Position numbers and translations under genes: made by a program. Shown piece by piece: positions 1-9,820 of a stretch of 64,000 bases of DNA. The notes under the pieces were generated by a model that had not been told where the DNA came from, ran no database searches, and worked only from the letters and a program-made list of their open reading frames with translations. How positions within the stretch are numbered: the stretch's first letter is position 1; every line of letters begins with the position of its first letter. The stretch is taken from assembly GCA_965222605.1 (NCBI GenBank), contig OZ244960.1:2688001-2752000 (forward strand), given 5' to 3'. This DNA is from Candidatus Latescibacterota bacterium. Its GTDB lineage: Bacteria > Latescibacterota > UBA2968.

Positions 1-603
1 ATGGCCCTTGCCCATGCGTGCCTACCTGCACATACCCGCAACTCATCCGTGAACTTCCGCATCTTTCCCGAAACAACCGACCTGTCCAGCATTGACGAAT
101 TTATGCACAACAGCCCACCCGCAGTGGTCCTCGGTGTCACATCTGGCCGCCCCGACAAATCCTGGCTACCCGACCGCTGGGCAAAAATTGCCGATCACAT
201 CGCAAAAGATGGCTTTCGCATCCTCCTCAACGGCGGACCCACAGAAGAAACAGACGTTCTGATGGTGCAATCGCTCATGCACCATCCAGCAGAAAATCTC
301 GTCGGCCGTTTTTCCCTACTTCAGTTCGCTGGTCTGCTCAAACGCTGTGCAGCCATCATCACACTTGACTCCTTTCCCATGCACCTCGCAGCAGCCCTCG
401 GCATCCCAACCATCGCACTCTTTGGCGCCAACAGCAGCACACTGTGGGGACCCTATCCGGGCAACTATCCCCGCATCGTCGTTGAACCGCCACCCGAAAT
501 TCCTCGAAACGCCCAGGCCATGAAATGGATACAAACCACACACGTTATTGACGCCTATAACCGCCTCGACCTCCACGCGCAGCACAACGACAGTACATTT
601 TAA
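1..603 (+). CDS. Glycosyltransferase family 9 (heptosyltransferase-like), 5'-truncated by window
   Basis: Motifs KSWLPDRW, ENLVGRFSL, ITLDSFPMHLAAALGIPTIALFG typical of GT9. Confidence 0.85.
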   Translation: MALAHACLPAHTRNSSVNFRIFPETTDLSSIDEFMHNSPPAVVLGVTSGRPDKSWLPDRWAKIADHIAKDGFRILLNGGPTEETDVLMVQSLMHHPAENLVGRFSLLQFAGLLKRCAAIITLDSFPMHLAAALGIPTIALFGANSSTLWGPYPGNYPRIVVEPPPEIPRNAQAMKWIQTTHVIDAYNRLDLHAQHNDSTF

Positions 604-608
604 CCCCA

Positions 609-1378
609 TTCACATTTGTAAAAAAACGCACGCTTTGCTGAATCAGGGTGGGCAATTAAAGAAAAAGCAGGTCATGGACCGCGTCGATGACCTGCTTACA
701 CAAGCTTGCTTTGTGAGACTTACCTATCAGAGCTTGATGCTCCTTGCACTGCGTAAAAAATGGTGTACTCATTCACTGTTTGCCGCACTCCCATTTTGAT
801 CTTCTAAAGCAGCACGAATGGCTTCTATATCAATATCCGGATACATTTTTTTAACCATTGCTATGGTTTCCTCATGCCCTCTCATTTGACCTTCCTTAAA
901 GCGTTTTGCAAGATATCTTTCAGTCTCAGCACGAATTTTTTGAACTGGAACGATCATGAGATTTACCCCCTCTATAATAAAGAATGCTAAAGTGATAGCA
1001 GAAAGACCTATGGATCCTATATTACTGATTACCGTAATAATTGCATCGTAATCAGGTTTAGCAATTTTGCCCCAATTGTACCAAAGGGCCAGTGATAGAG
1101 AAGAAAAAAAGAACACCGAGGCCAAGATCATTAGCCATGTTCTCTCTGTGTCTCCGGTACTCCAAATAGAGACCCTTTCTTCGTCTGTATTATCTGCCAT
1201 CCTGTCACAATCTCCTACCTGGATATATCTTTGTAAATATATAAAAAATAGATTTCTAACACAATTAAGAACTTGACGTACGCAATCCCAACACCTATAT
1301 CTTAAAATTCAAGTGACTACCCGAAAAAAATACTGATTTCCCGCCCCTTCATATTTGTAAAAAAACGCGCGCTTTGCT
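609..1378 (+). repeat. 31-bp direct repeat pair (609-639, 1348-1378) flanking an AT-rich insert
   Basis: TTCA(C/T)ATTTGTAAAAAAACGC(A/G)CGCTTTGCT in both copies, 2 mismatches. Confidence 0.85.
769..1200 (-). CDS. Hypothetical membrane protein (2 TM + charged C-terminal helix)
   Basis: 143-aa ORF, AGGAG upstream, two hydrophobic segments. Confidence 0.7.
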   Translation of the reverse strand: MADNTDEERVSIWSTGDTERTWLMILASVFFFSSLSLALWYNWGKIAKPDYDAIITVISNIGSIGLSAITLAFFIIEGVNLMIVPVQKIRAETERYLAKRFKEGQMRGHEETIAMVKKMYPDIDIEAIRAALEDQNGSAANSE

Positions 1379-1417
1379 ATCTTTGTGTTTAATTTTCATC
1401 TCTAACCTCAACAACAC

Positions 1418-2353
1418 ATGCCCATGCCCGACCTCAGCCTCGTCATACCCCTGCTCAACGAAGAAGAAAGCCTGCGCCCGCTCATGGCACAAATCCGCGG
1501 CGTGCTCGCTACCCAGGACCTCACCTACGAAGTCGTCTTCATTGACGACGGCAGCACCGATGGGTCAATCCGCGTTTTGGAAGACCTGCACAACACCTAT
1601 CCCGAAGTCAAAGTCATCCAATTTCGGCGCAACTTTGGCAAAGCCGCTGCCTATACCGCCGGATTTCAACGCGCATGTGGCAAATACATCATCACCATGG
1701 ACGCCGACCTGCAAGACGACCCGGCAGAAATCCCCAACCTCCTCGCCAAAATCGAAGAAGGCTATGACCTCGTCTCCGGATGGAAGAAAAAACGCTTTGA
1801 CCCACTGGGCAAAACCCTGCCCTCCAAATTTTTCAACTGGGTCACGGGCTATGTATCGGGCATTGACATACACGACTTTAACTGCGGCCTCAAAGCCTAT
1901 CGCAGTGAAGTCACAAAAGACATACGCGTACTCGGCGAACTCCACCGCTACATCCCCGTACTCGCCCACATGGAAGGGTACCGCATCGGTGAGATTCCCG
2001 TCCAGCACCACCCGCGACAATTTGGCGTAACCAAATATGGCTGGGGGCGCCTGCTCAAAGGATTTTTTGACCTCCTCACCGTCATGTACATCGGAAGATA
2101 CATGGGCCGTCCCCTTCACCTGTTCGGCACCGTGGGCCTCATATTTGGCATCATAGGCATGTTCATCAACGCATTCATCGCATCCCTCTGGTTCCAAACC
2201 GGCACCATTCAAAACCGGTACCCCCTGCTGATGCTCGGGGTCTTCCTCTCCGTACTCGGCGTGCAATTTATCTGCACGGGCCTGCTCGCAGACATGTTGA
2301 CCCGAGGACCACAACCCAACGAAAAATTCAACATTCGAAAAATCCTCAAATAA
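1418..2353 (+). CDS. Glycosyltransferase family 2 (polyprenol-phosphate glycosyltransferase, ArnC/DPM1-like)
   Basis: IPLLNEE, DDGSTD, RNFGK, MDADLQDDP, two C-terminal TM helices. Confidence 0.92.
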   Translation: MPMPDLSLVIPLLNEEESLRPLMAQIRGVLATQDLTYEVVFIDDGSTDGSIRVLEDLHNTYPEVKVIQFRRNFGKAAAYTAGFQRACGKYIITMDADLQDDPAEIPNLLAKIEEGYDLVSGWKKKRFDPLGKTLPSKFFNWVTGYVSGIDIHDFNCGLKAYRSEVTKDIRVLGELHRYIPVLAHMEGYRIGEIPVQHHPRQFGVTKYGWGRLLKGFFDLLTVMYIGRYMGRPLHLFGTVGLIFGIIGMFINAFIASLWFQTGTIQNRYPLLMLGVFLSVLGVQFICTGLLADMLTRGPQPNEKFNIRKILK

Positions 2354-3499
2354 ATGACACCCAAAAATATTCTCGTCACCGGCGGCATGGGCTTTGTTGG
2401 CTCTTACCTCGCCGATGAACTCGTACAACGCGGGCACCGCGTACGCATCTTTGACAACCTGGACCCGCAGGTACACCCCAACCGCAAATTGCCGGACTAT
2501 GCCAACCCCCATGCCGAATTTATCCAGGGCGATGTGCGCGATTACGACGCCTTAAAAAAAGCCCTTCAAGGCATTGAAATAATCTTCCACAAAGCCGCCG
2601 CAGTTGGCATGGGACAATCCCAATACGAAATCAAAAAATACGTTGACATCAACACCGGTGGCACCGCGAACCTGCTCGACATCCTCGTCAACAACAATCA
2701 CAACATTGAAAAACTCATCGTCGCAGCCTCGCAAACCAGCTATGGCGAGGGCCTCTGCACATGTGCAGAACACGGTACACAACACCCTGGTCCTCGCCCA
2801 AATAACCAGCTAAAAAACGCCCACTGGGAACACAAGTGCCCCTTGTGCGACCAGGACATGCCACCAGCACCTATTTCCGAAGACACCGAACGCTTATGTT
2901 ACGCCATATACGCACAAACCAAAACACATCAAGAAGACATGGTCCTCAACATCGGTCGCGCCTACAAAATTCCCTCAGTAGCCCTGCGCTACTTCAACAT
3001 CTTCGGTCCCCGGCAATCACTCTCCAACCCCTATACGGGTGTAACTGCCATATTTATGAGCCGCCTCAAAAACAACAAACATCCAGTCATCTACGAAGAC
3101 GGCAAACAATCGCGGGACTTCATCTCCGTTCACGACATCGTACAGGCCAACATCCTCGCCATGGAAAAATCCGAAGGAGATTACCAGGCATTTAACGTGG
3201 GCAGCGGGACGGGCACATCCATCAAACACATCGCCCTGACCCTATCCAATATCCTGGGCATCGAACACCTCGCGCCCGACATCACCGGAACCTATCGCCA
3301 GGGCGACACCCGCCACAGCATTGCCGACATCTCGCGCATAAAAAAAACACTGGGCTTTCAACCCAGTGTCAGTTTTCAACACGGCATGGAAGAACTCGTC
3401 GAATGGGGCAGAGACCGCGAAGCGACAGATGGCTTTGCAAAAGCGCAAGACGCACTACAACAAAGAGGTCTAACCGCTAAGGTAAGAGGTAAGACGTAA
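2354..3499 (+). CDS. NAD-dependent nucleotide-sugar epimerase/dehydratase
   Basis: TGGMGFVG, YAQTK, LRYFNIFGP, RDFISVHD. Confidence 0.92.
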   Translation: MTPKNILVTGGMGFVGSYLADELVQRGHRVRIFDNLDPQVHPNRKLPDYANPHAEFIQGDVRDYDALKKALQGIEIIFHKAAAVGMGQSQYEIKKYVDINTGGTANLLDILVNNNHNIEKLIVAASQTSYGEGLCTCAEHGTQHPGPRPNNQLKNAHWEHKCPLCDQDMPPAPISEDTERLCYAIYAQTKTHQEDMVLNIGRAYKIPSVALRYFNIFGPRQSLSNPYTGVTAIFMSRLKNNKHPVIYEDGKQSRDFISVHDIVQANILAMEKSEGDYQAFNVGSGTGTSIKHIALTLSNILGIEHLAPDITGTYRQGDTRHSIADISRIKKTLGFQPSVSFQHGMEELVEWGRDREATDGFAKAQDALQQRGLTAKVRGKT

Positions 3500-3527
3500 A
3501 AGGTAAGAGACCACCCAACACCGCCCA

Positions 3528-3573
3528 GGCGGTAAGACGTGAGAGGGGGAGCTTTGTCTCACGTCTCACCGCC
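3528..3573. terminator. Hairpin between convergent genes
   Basis: GGCGGTAAGACGTGAGA...TCTCACGTCTCACCGCC inverted repeat. Confidence 0.55.
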
Positions 3574-3574
3574 T

Positions 3575-3730
3575 TTAAGCAAATTCACGAACGGGAACCC
3601 GTTCCCGTGTATCGTGATCCCAGCGCAGCACTGTCCGAATCTTTTCAGACCGGTCAATATCACCATGAATGGCATAATAAAGCGCGTGATAAGCCATTTG
3701 GTTGCGTTTTTCCAGATCGATGCGCGTCAT
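3575..3730 (-). CDS. Small hypothetical protein (51 aa)
   Basis: AAAGGAG SD upstream of ATG at 3730 (MTRIDLEK...). Confidence 0.45.
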   Translation of the reverse strand: MTRIDLEKRNQMAYHALYYAIHGDIDRSEKIRTVLRWDHDTRERVPVREFA

Positions 3731-3988
3731 GTGTTCTCCTTTTATAGGTGACAGTATTTCGTTACCTATATGCATGAGCAAATCCGGTGCCAGTTCTCTT
3801 GTTTTTTAAAAAATTTTATTTATTTATTGATTTCAAAGAACTTAATTAAAAAATACTCATATCTAATTGTAAAATTCATGTGCCAAAAATGGAACATTCT
3901 GGTCAAAATGACCACATATCGACGAACAAATTGGCACATTTTGCTCTTTTAGCAGTCAGCTATCAGCTCCCGCCCAGTCACCACCCGG

Positions 3989-4020
3989 TGGATCGCGGCT
4001 CAACAACATGCCGCGATGAC
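3989..4020 (+). repeat. REP-like palindrome family A (TGGATCGCGGC-loop-GCCGCGATGAC)
   Basis: Same element at 9681, 12762, 22855, 24401, 59057, 59918. Confidence 0.9.
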
Positions 4021-4078
4021 GGTTTTCACATGCTTTGCTGATAGCTTGTTTTGCTGACCGCTTCTCTTCAGGAGTTTC

Positions 4079-6091
4079 ATGCTCGACAATAAGTGGACAT
4101 CCCCAATCTACATCGTCTTAATGGGCATCCTCGCAGGCATCGCTTATAGTCATTTGCCCACTCTCCCACTCGAAGGCGAAGATAGTGAATACATGGCGGA
4201 TGCTGAAACCGTCTTGCAAAATCCATCGCGCTTGTTCTCGCCAGAAAATGTACATCCTGGCCGACCCGTGGTTCAAATTGTATTTATAGTCGGACACGTC
4301 TTATGGGGCAAAAATCCCGCTGCCTACCATGTATTGCTCGTTGCACTTCACTTTTTTGCAAGCATCCGGCTATTTCAGGCCTTCAAGCTGTCTGGAGCCA
4401 ACACACTTGTAAGCATGCTATCCGGTGCTTTTTTCTTGCTCTATGCCGCCAGCTTTCGCAATCTGCAGTGGATAGAAACGCTGAGTTATCCTCTTGCCCT
4501 GATTTTTATGCTGGAAATGTTGCGTATATACCTGAGTTGGCCCGACAAGCGTCCATGGACAAATAACATACTCGCTATTTTCTATGTGCTCCTGAGCATT
4601 GGTACGCATCCCACATCTATTTTTATTCTCGGTGTCTGTGCGTATCTTGCATGGGAGCGTACGGATTCTGTACGCGAGGCCGTTTTGAGGATCGCGCCTT
4701 CTTTCTGTTTGGGTGGTATGGGCCTGATCTGTCTAATTGTGATTTACCCGCAGGCTGCACAATTTCAAGATATGTCCTCAGCCACAGGAGTGGAACGATA
4801 CTTTCAGTATTTGGGCCACCTGATTTTATATGCCTTTCATTTACCTGTAGAAATGTGGGACAAAACCGAGGGATATTGGGATACGTCCTCGTCGTTGATT
4901 GTCGGTATAGGATTCGCAGCCTTGTTGCTCTGGCTAATTCTGAAGCGAAAAATACCTGTCTGGGCCTTATGGACGCTTCTGGCGTTGCTGCCTTTTATAA
5001 CCAAACCGAATTTTCACTGGCGGTATTTCTATTTTGCCACAGCGGGATCGTCATTGGTGCTCGGTTATTGTATTTATCATGCCTTCACCAGAATAGCCAA
5101 ACTTGCCCTCCCTAAATTTGTCGCGCCTATTGTCGGAATCGCGATCATCGGCATTTTATTCGCATCGAGTATCTTTGCCCACAAAAAAGCCGAAGCCATT
5201 GCGTTGTATTCTTCGGGAAGATCGCATCTCGCCCGCGAGTTTTTGGACGAAGGAATTGAATACTTCACCCTTGCATTACAAAAAAACGCCCGGGGCATTC
5301 CCACAGACGCTTATCAACGCCTATCGCTGGCTTCATTTGGTGAAGGAAAAAATCCAACTCACATTTTGCTCGAAGGATTGAAACACTACCCCAACCATCC
5401 TCAACATACCCCGGAACTCAATCTCATGCTCGGGCTATCCATGTATTTGGACGATACCCAAATTGCAGAAGGTAAAGCACTTGTGCGAAAGATTTATGAA
5501 TCCTCCGCGAACAAAGGAAAATTGCACTTAATTGCCGGCACATGCCTGAGCAACTTAGCCAGGTATTATTCAAATAACAAAAACTACGAAAAAGCTGTGT
5601 CCCTGTGGCGGGAAGCCCTTGTCTTCCAACCCAATCATTACAAGGCACGTTTGAAACTCGTCCCACTACTCTTCAAACTCAATCGCACCAATGAGGCCAT
5701 TCAAGCCACGCGCCAGACCATTGACATGTATCCGAAAAATCAAGAAATAGCTCTATCTATTTTTCTTCCACTCATTGAAGCAAAACAATATGCTGAAGCC
5801 GAAAAAGTGTACCGCCATTATCTCACCCTCAATACTCAGGCTCCGAACGCACACTACAATCTGGGTACCCTCGCATTGGCACAAGGGCGCAATGAAGAGG
5901 CCATTTTGAGTTTGCAACGGGCAATAAAAGATGCCCCTGATGACACTGACGCACATCTATACCTGGCTCAGGCTCTCGAAAAAGTGGGCAAACCACAAGA
6001 GGCGATGCACGCCTATCGTCGGGTTCTTTCTCTGGATCCACACAACAAAATCGCCAATGACCGCGTCCAAGTTACTGAATCACACCCCTGA
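4079..6091 (+). CDS. Multi-TM membrane protein with C-terminal TPRs (GT-C/TMTC-like glycosyltransferase)
   Basis: ~10 TM segments, GRPV...WGKNPAAYH motif, TPR repeats (AHYNLG, AHLYLA). Confidence 0.7.
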   Translation: MLDNKWTSPIYIVLMGILAGIAYSHLPTLPLEGEDSEYMADAETVLQNPSRLFSPENVHPGRPVVQIVFIVGHVLWGKNPAAYHVLLVALHFFASIRLFQAFKLSGANTLVSMLSGAFFLLYAASFRNLQWIETLSYPLALIFMLEMLRIYLSWPDKRPWTNNILAIFYVLLSIGTHPTSIFILGVCAYLAWERTDSVREAVLRIAPSFCLGGMGLICLIVIYPQAAQFQDMSSATGVERYFQYLGHLILYAFHLPVEMWDKTEGYWDTSSSLIVGIGFAALLLWLILKRKIPVWALWTLLALLPFITKPNFHWRYFYFATAGSSLVLGYCIYHAFTRIAKLALPKFVAPIVGIAIIGILFASSIFAHKKAEAIALYSSGRSHLAREFLDEGIEYFTLALQKNARGIPTDAYQRLSLASFGEGKNPTHILLEGLKHYPNHPQHTPELNLMLGLSMYLDDTQIAEGKALVRKIYESSANKGKLHLIAGTCLSNLARYYSNNKNYEKAVSLWREALVFQPNHYKARLKLVPLLFKLNRTNEAIQATRQTIDMYPKNQEIALSIFLPLIEAKQYAEAEKVYRHYLTLNTQAPNAHYNLGTLALAQGRNEEAILSLQRAIKDAPDDTDAHLYLAQALEKVGKPQEAMHAYRRVLSLDPHNKIANDRVQVTESHP

Positions 6092-6124
6092 CCACTAACC
6101 GTTTCCTTTCAGGAGTACCTCTTC

Positions 6125-7408
6125 ATGCTCGACATCAATCTCATTCGCAAAAACCCCGAACAAGTCGCTCAGGCATTGCAAAAACGCATGGACGACATCG
6201 ACTTCACAGACCTGCTCACCTGGGATGAAAAACGCCGCACGCACATCGCAGAAGCGGGACAGCTACGCGCAAAACGCAACGCAGTCTCCGCCCAAATCCC
6301 CCAAATAAAAAAAGCGGGCGGAGACATAGCCCAGATACAAATAGAAATGCGCGAAGTCTCAACCCGCATCAAAACCATTGAAACCGAACTCGCAGAAACC
6401 GAGCAAAACATCCACACATTTATCGAAAACCTCCCCAACATACCCGCAGACGACGTACCCCCCGGAGACAAAGAAAACAACCGGGTCGCACGCACCTGGG
6501 GCGAAAAACCCGCACCCGACTTTGATCCCCAGGACCACGTCGATCTCGTCACCCATCTTCGCCTGATCGACTACGAACGCGGCGTCAAAATGGGTGGGAC
6601 GGGCTTCTGGCTCTACATCGGCGACGGCGCGCGTCTCGAATGGGCCTTGCTCAACTACTTCATCGACAGCCACATCAACGACGGATACGAATTTGTATTG
6701 CCCCCGCACATACTCAACGAAGCCTGCGGATTTACCGCCGGGCAATTCCCCAAATTTGCCGACGACGTATTCCACCTCAAAACCGGCGACGACAAAGTGC
6801 AATTCCTCTTGCCCACCTCTGAAACCGCACTGATCAACTTCTACCGGGACGAAATCATTCCAGAAAAAGACCTGCCCAAAAAATTCTTCTCCTACACCCC
6901 CTGTTATCGCAAAGAAGCCGGCAGTTATCGGGCGCAGGAAAGAGGCATGATTCGCGGTCACCAATTCAACAAAATCGAAATGTTCCAATTCACCCGTCCC
7001 GAAGATTCCGAAGACGCGCTTGAAGAACTCATCAACAAAGCCGAAAAACTCACCCAGGGCCTGGGCCTGCATCACCGCGTATCCATGCTCGCCGCAAAAG
7101 ACGTCAGTGCCTCCATGGCCAAAACCTATGACATCGAAGTCTGGATCCCCAGCATGAACGAATACAAAGAAGTCAGCTCCGCATCCAATGCCAGCGACTA
7201 CCAGGCAAGACGCGGCAGCATCAGATTCAAACGCACAGAAAGCGGCAAAAACGAACTCGTACACACCCTCAACGCCTCGGGCCTGGCGACCAGCCGCATC
7301 ATCCCTGCAATCGTCGAACAAAATCAAAACAAAGACGGCAGCGTCACCATCCCCGAAATCCTGCGACCTTATCTGGGGGGAAAAGAAATTTTTGAACCTG
7401 ATGTATAA
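6125..7408 (+). CDS. serS: Seryl-tRNA synthetase
   Basis: MLDINLIR, LLPTSE, CYRKEAGS, RGHQFNKIE, HTLNASGLA. Confidence 0.98.
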   Translation: MLDINLIRKNPEQVAQALQKRMDDIDFTDLLTWDEKRRTHIAEAGQLRAKRNAVSAQIPQIKKAGGDIAQIQIEMREVSTRIKTIETELAETEQNIHTFIENLPNIPADDVPPGDKENNRVARTWGEKPAPDFDPQDHVDLVTHLRLIDYERGVKMGGTGFWLYIGDGARLEWALLNYFIDSHINDGYEFVLPPHILNEACGFTAGQFPKFADDVFHLKTGDDKVQFLLPTSETALINFYRDEIIPEKDLPKKFFSYTPCYRKEAGSYRAQERGMIRGHQFNKIEMFQFTRPEDSEDALEELINKAEKLTQGLGLHHRVSMLAAKDVSASMAKTYDIEVWIPSMNEYKEVSSASNASDYQARRGSIRFKRTESGKNELVHTLNASGLATSRIIPAIVEQNQNKDGSVTIPEILRPYLGGKEIFEPDV

Positions 7409-7563
7409 TCTGACCTTTTGTGCACAAAAAGCACCTGGGACAACGGTGCCAGCCGCTTTGATTGCCCCATGTATTCAATTTCTTTATATTGATTTGGCTC
7501 AGGCAAGTTATTTCCCAGTTCCGCTGATTGGACGATGGATAAAACGGCCATTGAGGAAAACCT

Positions 7564-8376
7564 GTGAACACCACGATTCATACAATAGAAGACCTCATTC
7601 GCATCCTGGACGACCATCCTGAGTGGACGGATGCCCTGCGTGCCCGGCTGCTGACGCGGGAACTGATTGAACTGCCCGAAAAGTTCACCCAGTTTGTCGC
7701 TGAAGTAAACAGGTTTGTTGAAGCCACGAACCGGCGCTTTGACACACTCGAAAATAGAGTGACGTCTATCCAGGAGGATGTCGGCACACTCAAAGAAGAT
7801 GTCGGCACACTCAAAGAAGATGTCGGCACACTCAAGGGAGATGTCGGCACACTCAAGGAGGATGTCGGCACACTCAAGGGAGATGTCGGCACACTCAAGG
7901 GAGATGTCGGCACACTCAAAATCGGGGTGAAATCCATTCAAGATGATCTCGGTCCGCTCAAAGGGTCCCACGCCCGGGATGCCGCTCTGCGCGAGGCATC
8001 CATCATTGCCGAGGACATGGGCTTTCAACGGACGAAGACCCTTACCCAGGATGATCTCGGAGCACTGCTTGCCCGCGCTGACACATCGGGTATTCCCACA
8101 AACGAGTTGAGAAGCTTCCGACGTGCCGACTTGATTATAGAGGCTACGGATCCAAATGGCGCAACGTGCTATATCGCCGTGGAAATCTCCTTCACCGTTA
8201 ATGGTCGAGATACCGCGCGCGCACGCCGCAACGCTGCGTTCCTGACCAAGTTCACTGGTGATCGGTCCTATCCCGCTGTTGCCAGCCTGCGCCAGGATGA
8301 CCGGATACATGGTCTCATCGACTCTGGCGAGGTGTTCTGGTATCAACTGGATCCAGAAGTTCTGGAAGCGGAATGA
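7564..8376 (+). CDS. Coiled-coil heptad-repeat protein with C-terminal PD-(D/E)XK-like domain
   Basis: GTG start after GAGG; 7x DVGTLK(E/G); ADLII...IAVEIS motif. Confidence 0.7.
   Translation: MNTTIHTIEDLIRILDDHPEWTDALRARLLTRELIELPEKFTQFVAEVNRFVEATNRRFDTLENRVTSIQEDVGTLKEDVGTLKEDVGTLKGDVGTLKEDVGTLKGDVGTLKGDVGTLKIGVKSIQDDLGPLKGSHARDAALREASIIAEDMGFQRTKTLTQDDLGALLARADTSGIPTNELRSFRRADLIIEATDPNGATCYIAVEISFTVNGRDTARARRNAAFLTKFTGDRSYPAVASLRQDDRIHGLIDSGEVFWYQLDPEVLEAE
7777..7920 (+). repeat. Intragenic 21-bp tandem repeat x7
   Basis: GATGTCGGCACACTCAA(A/G)G(A/G)(A/G) units. Confidence 0.95.
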
Positions 8377-8421
8377 CCACCTGATATAGTTTGACCACGA
8401 CAATCGAAATACAAAAAATAT

Positions 8422-8445
8422 GCCCCAGCACAACAATGCTGGGGC
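8422..8445. terminator. Hairpin downstream of repeat-protein gene
   Basis: GCCCCAGCA-caacaa-TGCTGGGGC. Confidence 0.6.
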
Positions 8446-8884
8446 GTTCTATTATTAAAAAAGTTGGATGAAGAAATTAAAGATTTTATCTTGAAAATAG
8501 ATGACTCAGACCCAAGACTAAGTTTCCTGACTGTATATCGGTTGCAGCCGTTATTCCAGCTTGAAAGCAAGGAGAGACAAAGAAGGAAATTTTGGAAAAT
8601 GATCCAAGAACAATATCCAGGACAAAGCACCTGCTATGAGCAGGTTGCGCTATCAGGACTTGATAGCTAAATAAAATGGGTTGGACTTGACAGGTTTTGG
8701 TGTATAACAGTTGGCATAAGATGCTTGGGTAGAACCTTCTACCCTGTATAGCAAAATGAAAAATTGGGGATTAAACGTCCTTAAACTGAGGATCAAACAC
8801 TCTTGATATATCGTTAATAGCAATATATCGCTTTTTTTATTGTAAATATTTGAGAATAAACTTTTTCAGAGTCAATCCAAATTG

Positions 8885-8908
8885 TTTTTAACGATATATC
8901 GTTAAAAA
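8885..8908. promoter_or_regulatory. Perfect 24-bp palindrome, candidate operator/enhancer
   Basis: TTTTTAACGATATATCGTTAAAAA; partial copy GATATATCGTTAA near 8806. Confidence 0.65.
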
Positions 8909-9001
8909 TATAAAATTTAGATTGGCTTTTTTTATAATCTTTTTCCTATATATCATTTAAAAATAATACTTTACAAATAAAATTGTTTAGGATATTGATG
9001 T

Positions 9002-9017
9002 TGGCAAGGATATTGCA
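9002..9017 (+). promoter_or_regulatory. Candidate sigma54 (-24/-12) promoter
   Basis: TGGCAAG-GATA-TTGCA, GG-N10-GC spacing. Confidence 0.6.
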
Positions 9018-9035
9018 CTTAATTTATTCTTCAAC

Positions 9036-9638
9036 AATGAGGGCGTCAAACTCACCCAGTTCTACGTCCAGCCGATCTGCTCTCCGACTCGGGCGTGTCT
9101 GCTCACAGGCCGGTATGCGTGGAAGAATGGCATGGAGACTGAAATATCATTCTTCGACGACGATAACATCGTGTCCGTCAGCCAGGACGTGTTGGACAAA
9201 ATCAAGTACGTGGACTTCAGCTTTTCTCTCGAAACCTATGACCTTTCTCCATTGCCGGAAGAGTTCTATTCGGAAGACAGTAGCATGAGTACTGGTCTTT
9301 TGGACGCATATATCCATTTGAATAACCCCGGCATTTTGTCTTCACCCGGCAAATGGGGCTGGGACACGCCCGGCAGTCCTGACTGGGGAAAATTTCTGTC
9401 GAAGTATAAATATCCTTTGAAAGAAGGTGAATACGAGTTGCCGGAAGACCATTACATGGACGCAAAGCATGCTCAGGAGGCATTTCGCCGCCTGCTCTGG
9501 CGTTACCACAACAAAGAGGAATTATTCGTTAGCAACTGGTTCGATATTCATCATATGCGCGTGAATCCGGGCGGCATCCTGGACCTGATCCGCAAACACA
9601 GTCCTGAAGCCTACGCCGAGATCATGGAAAAAGAATAA
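9036..9638 (+). pseudogene. Sulfatase N-terminal fragment fused in frame to a hypothetical ORF (9132-9638)
   Basis: Frame upstream of ATG 9132 reads NEGVKLTQFYVQPICSPTRACLLTGRY (CxPxR signature); TAG at 8988 and no ATG/GTG/TTG start before the motif. Confidence 0.7.
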
Positions 9639-9680
9639 AGTAAGTGAGAAGTAACGATCAGCATTCAGCAAAAAACCTTC

Positions 9681-9754
9681 TGGATCGCGGCTGAACACCA
9701 TGCCGCGATGACAATTGGTACTCGTCACGCCTGCATGCTTGAAGCAGGCGTCCA
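9681..9754. repeat. REP family A copy plus inverted variant (doublet)
   Basis: TGGATCGCGGC..GCCGCGATGAC at 9681-9712; GTCACGCCTGC..GCAGGCGTCCA at 9724-9754. Confidence 0.8.
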
Positions 9755-9820
9755 GGATGGGTGGGATGCTAAAAATGATAGCTGCCCCTGACAACTTAAG
9801 ATACAAGAAGGAGAGACAAG

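Noticed and set aside
1565-2512. Long antisense/alternative-frame ORFs (also 6359-7327, 7369-8436, 15320-16267, 60337-61656)
   Set aside because: Shadows of well-supported genes with no recognisable motifs
3871-3945. TGGCAC inverted pair as sigma54 promoters
   Set aside because: GG-N10-GC spacing not met
7777-7920. Possible CRISPR array
   Set aside because: Contiguous in-frame 21-bp units without spacers; no cas genes
8464-8670. Small AT-rich ORF
   Set aside because: No SD or recognisable motif; may be a fragment
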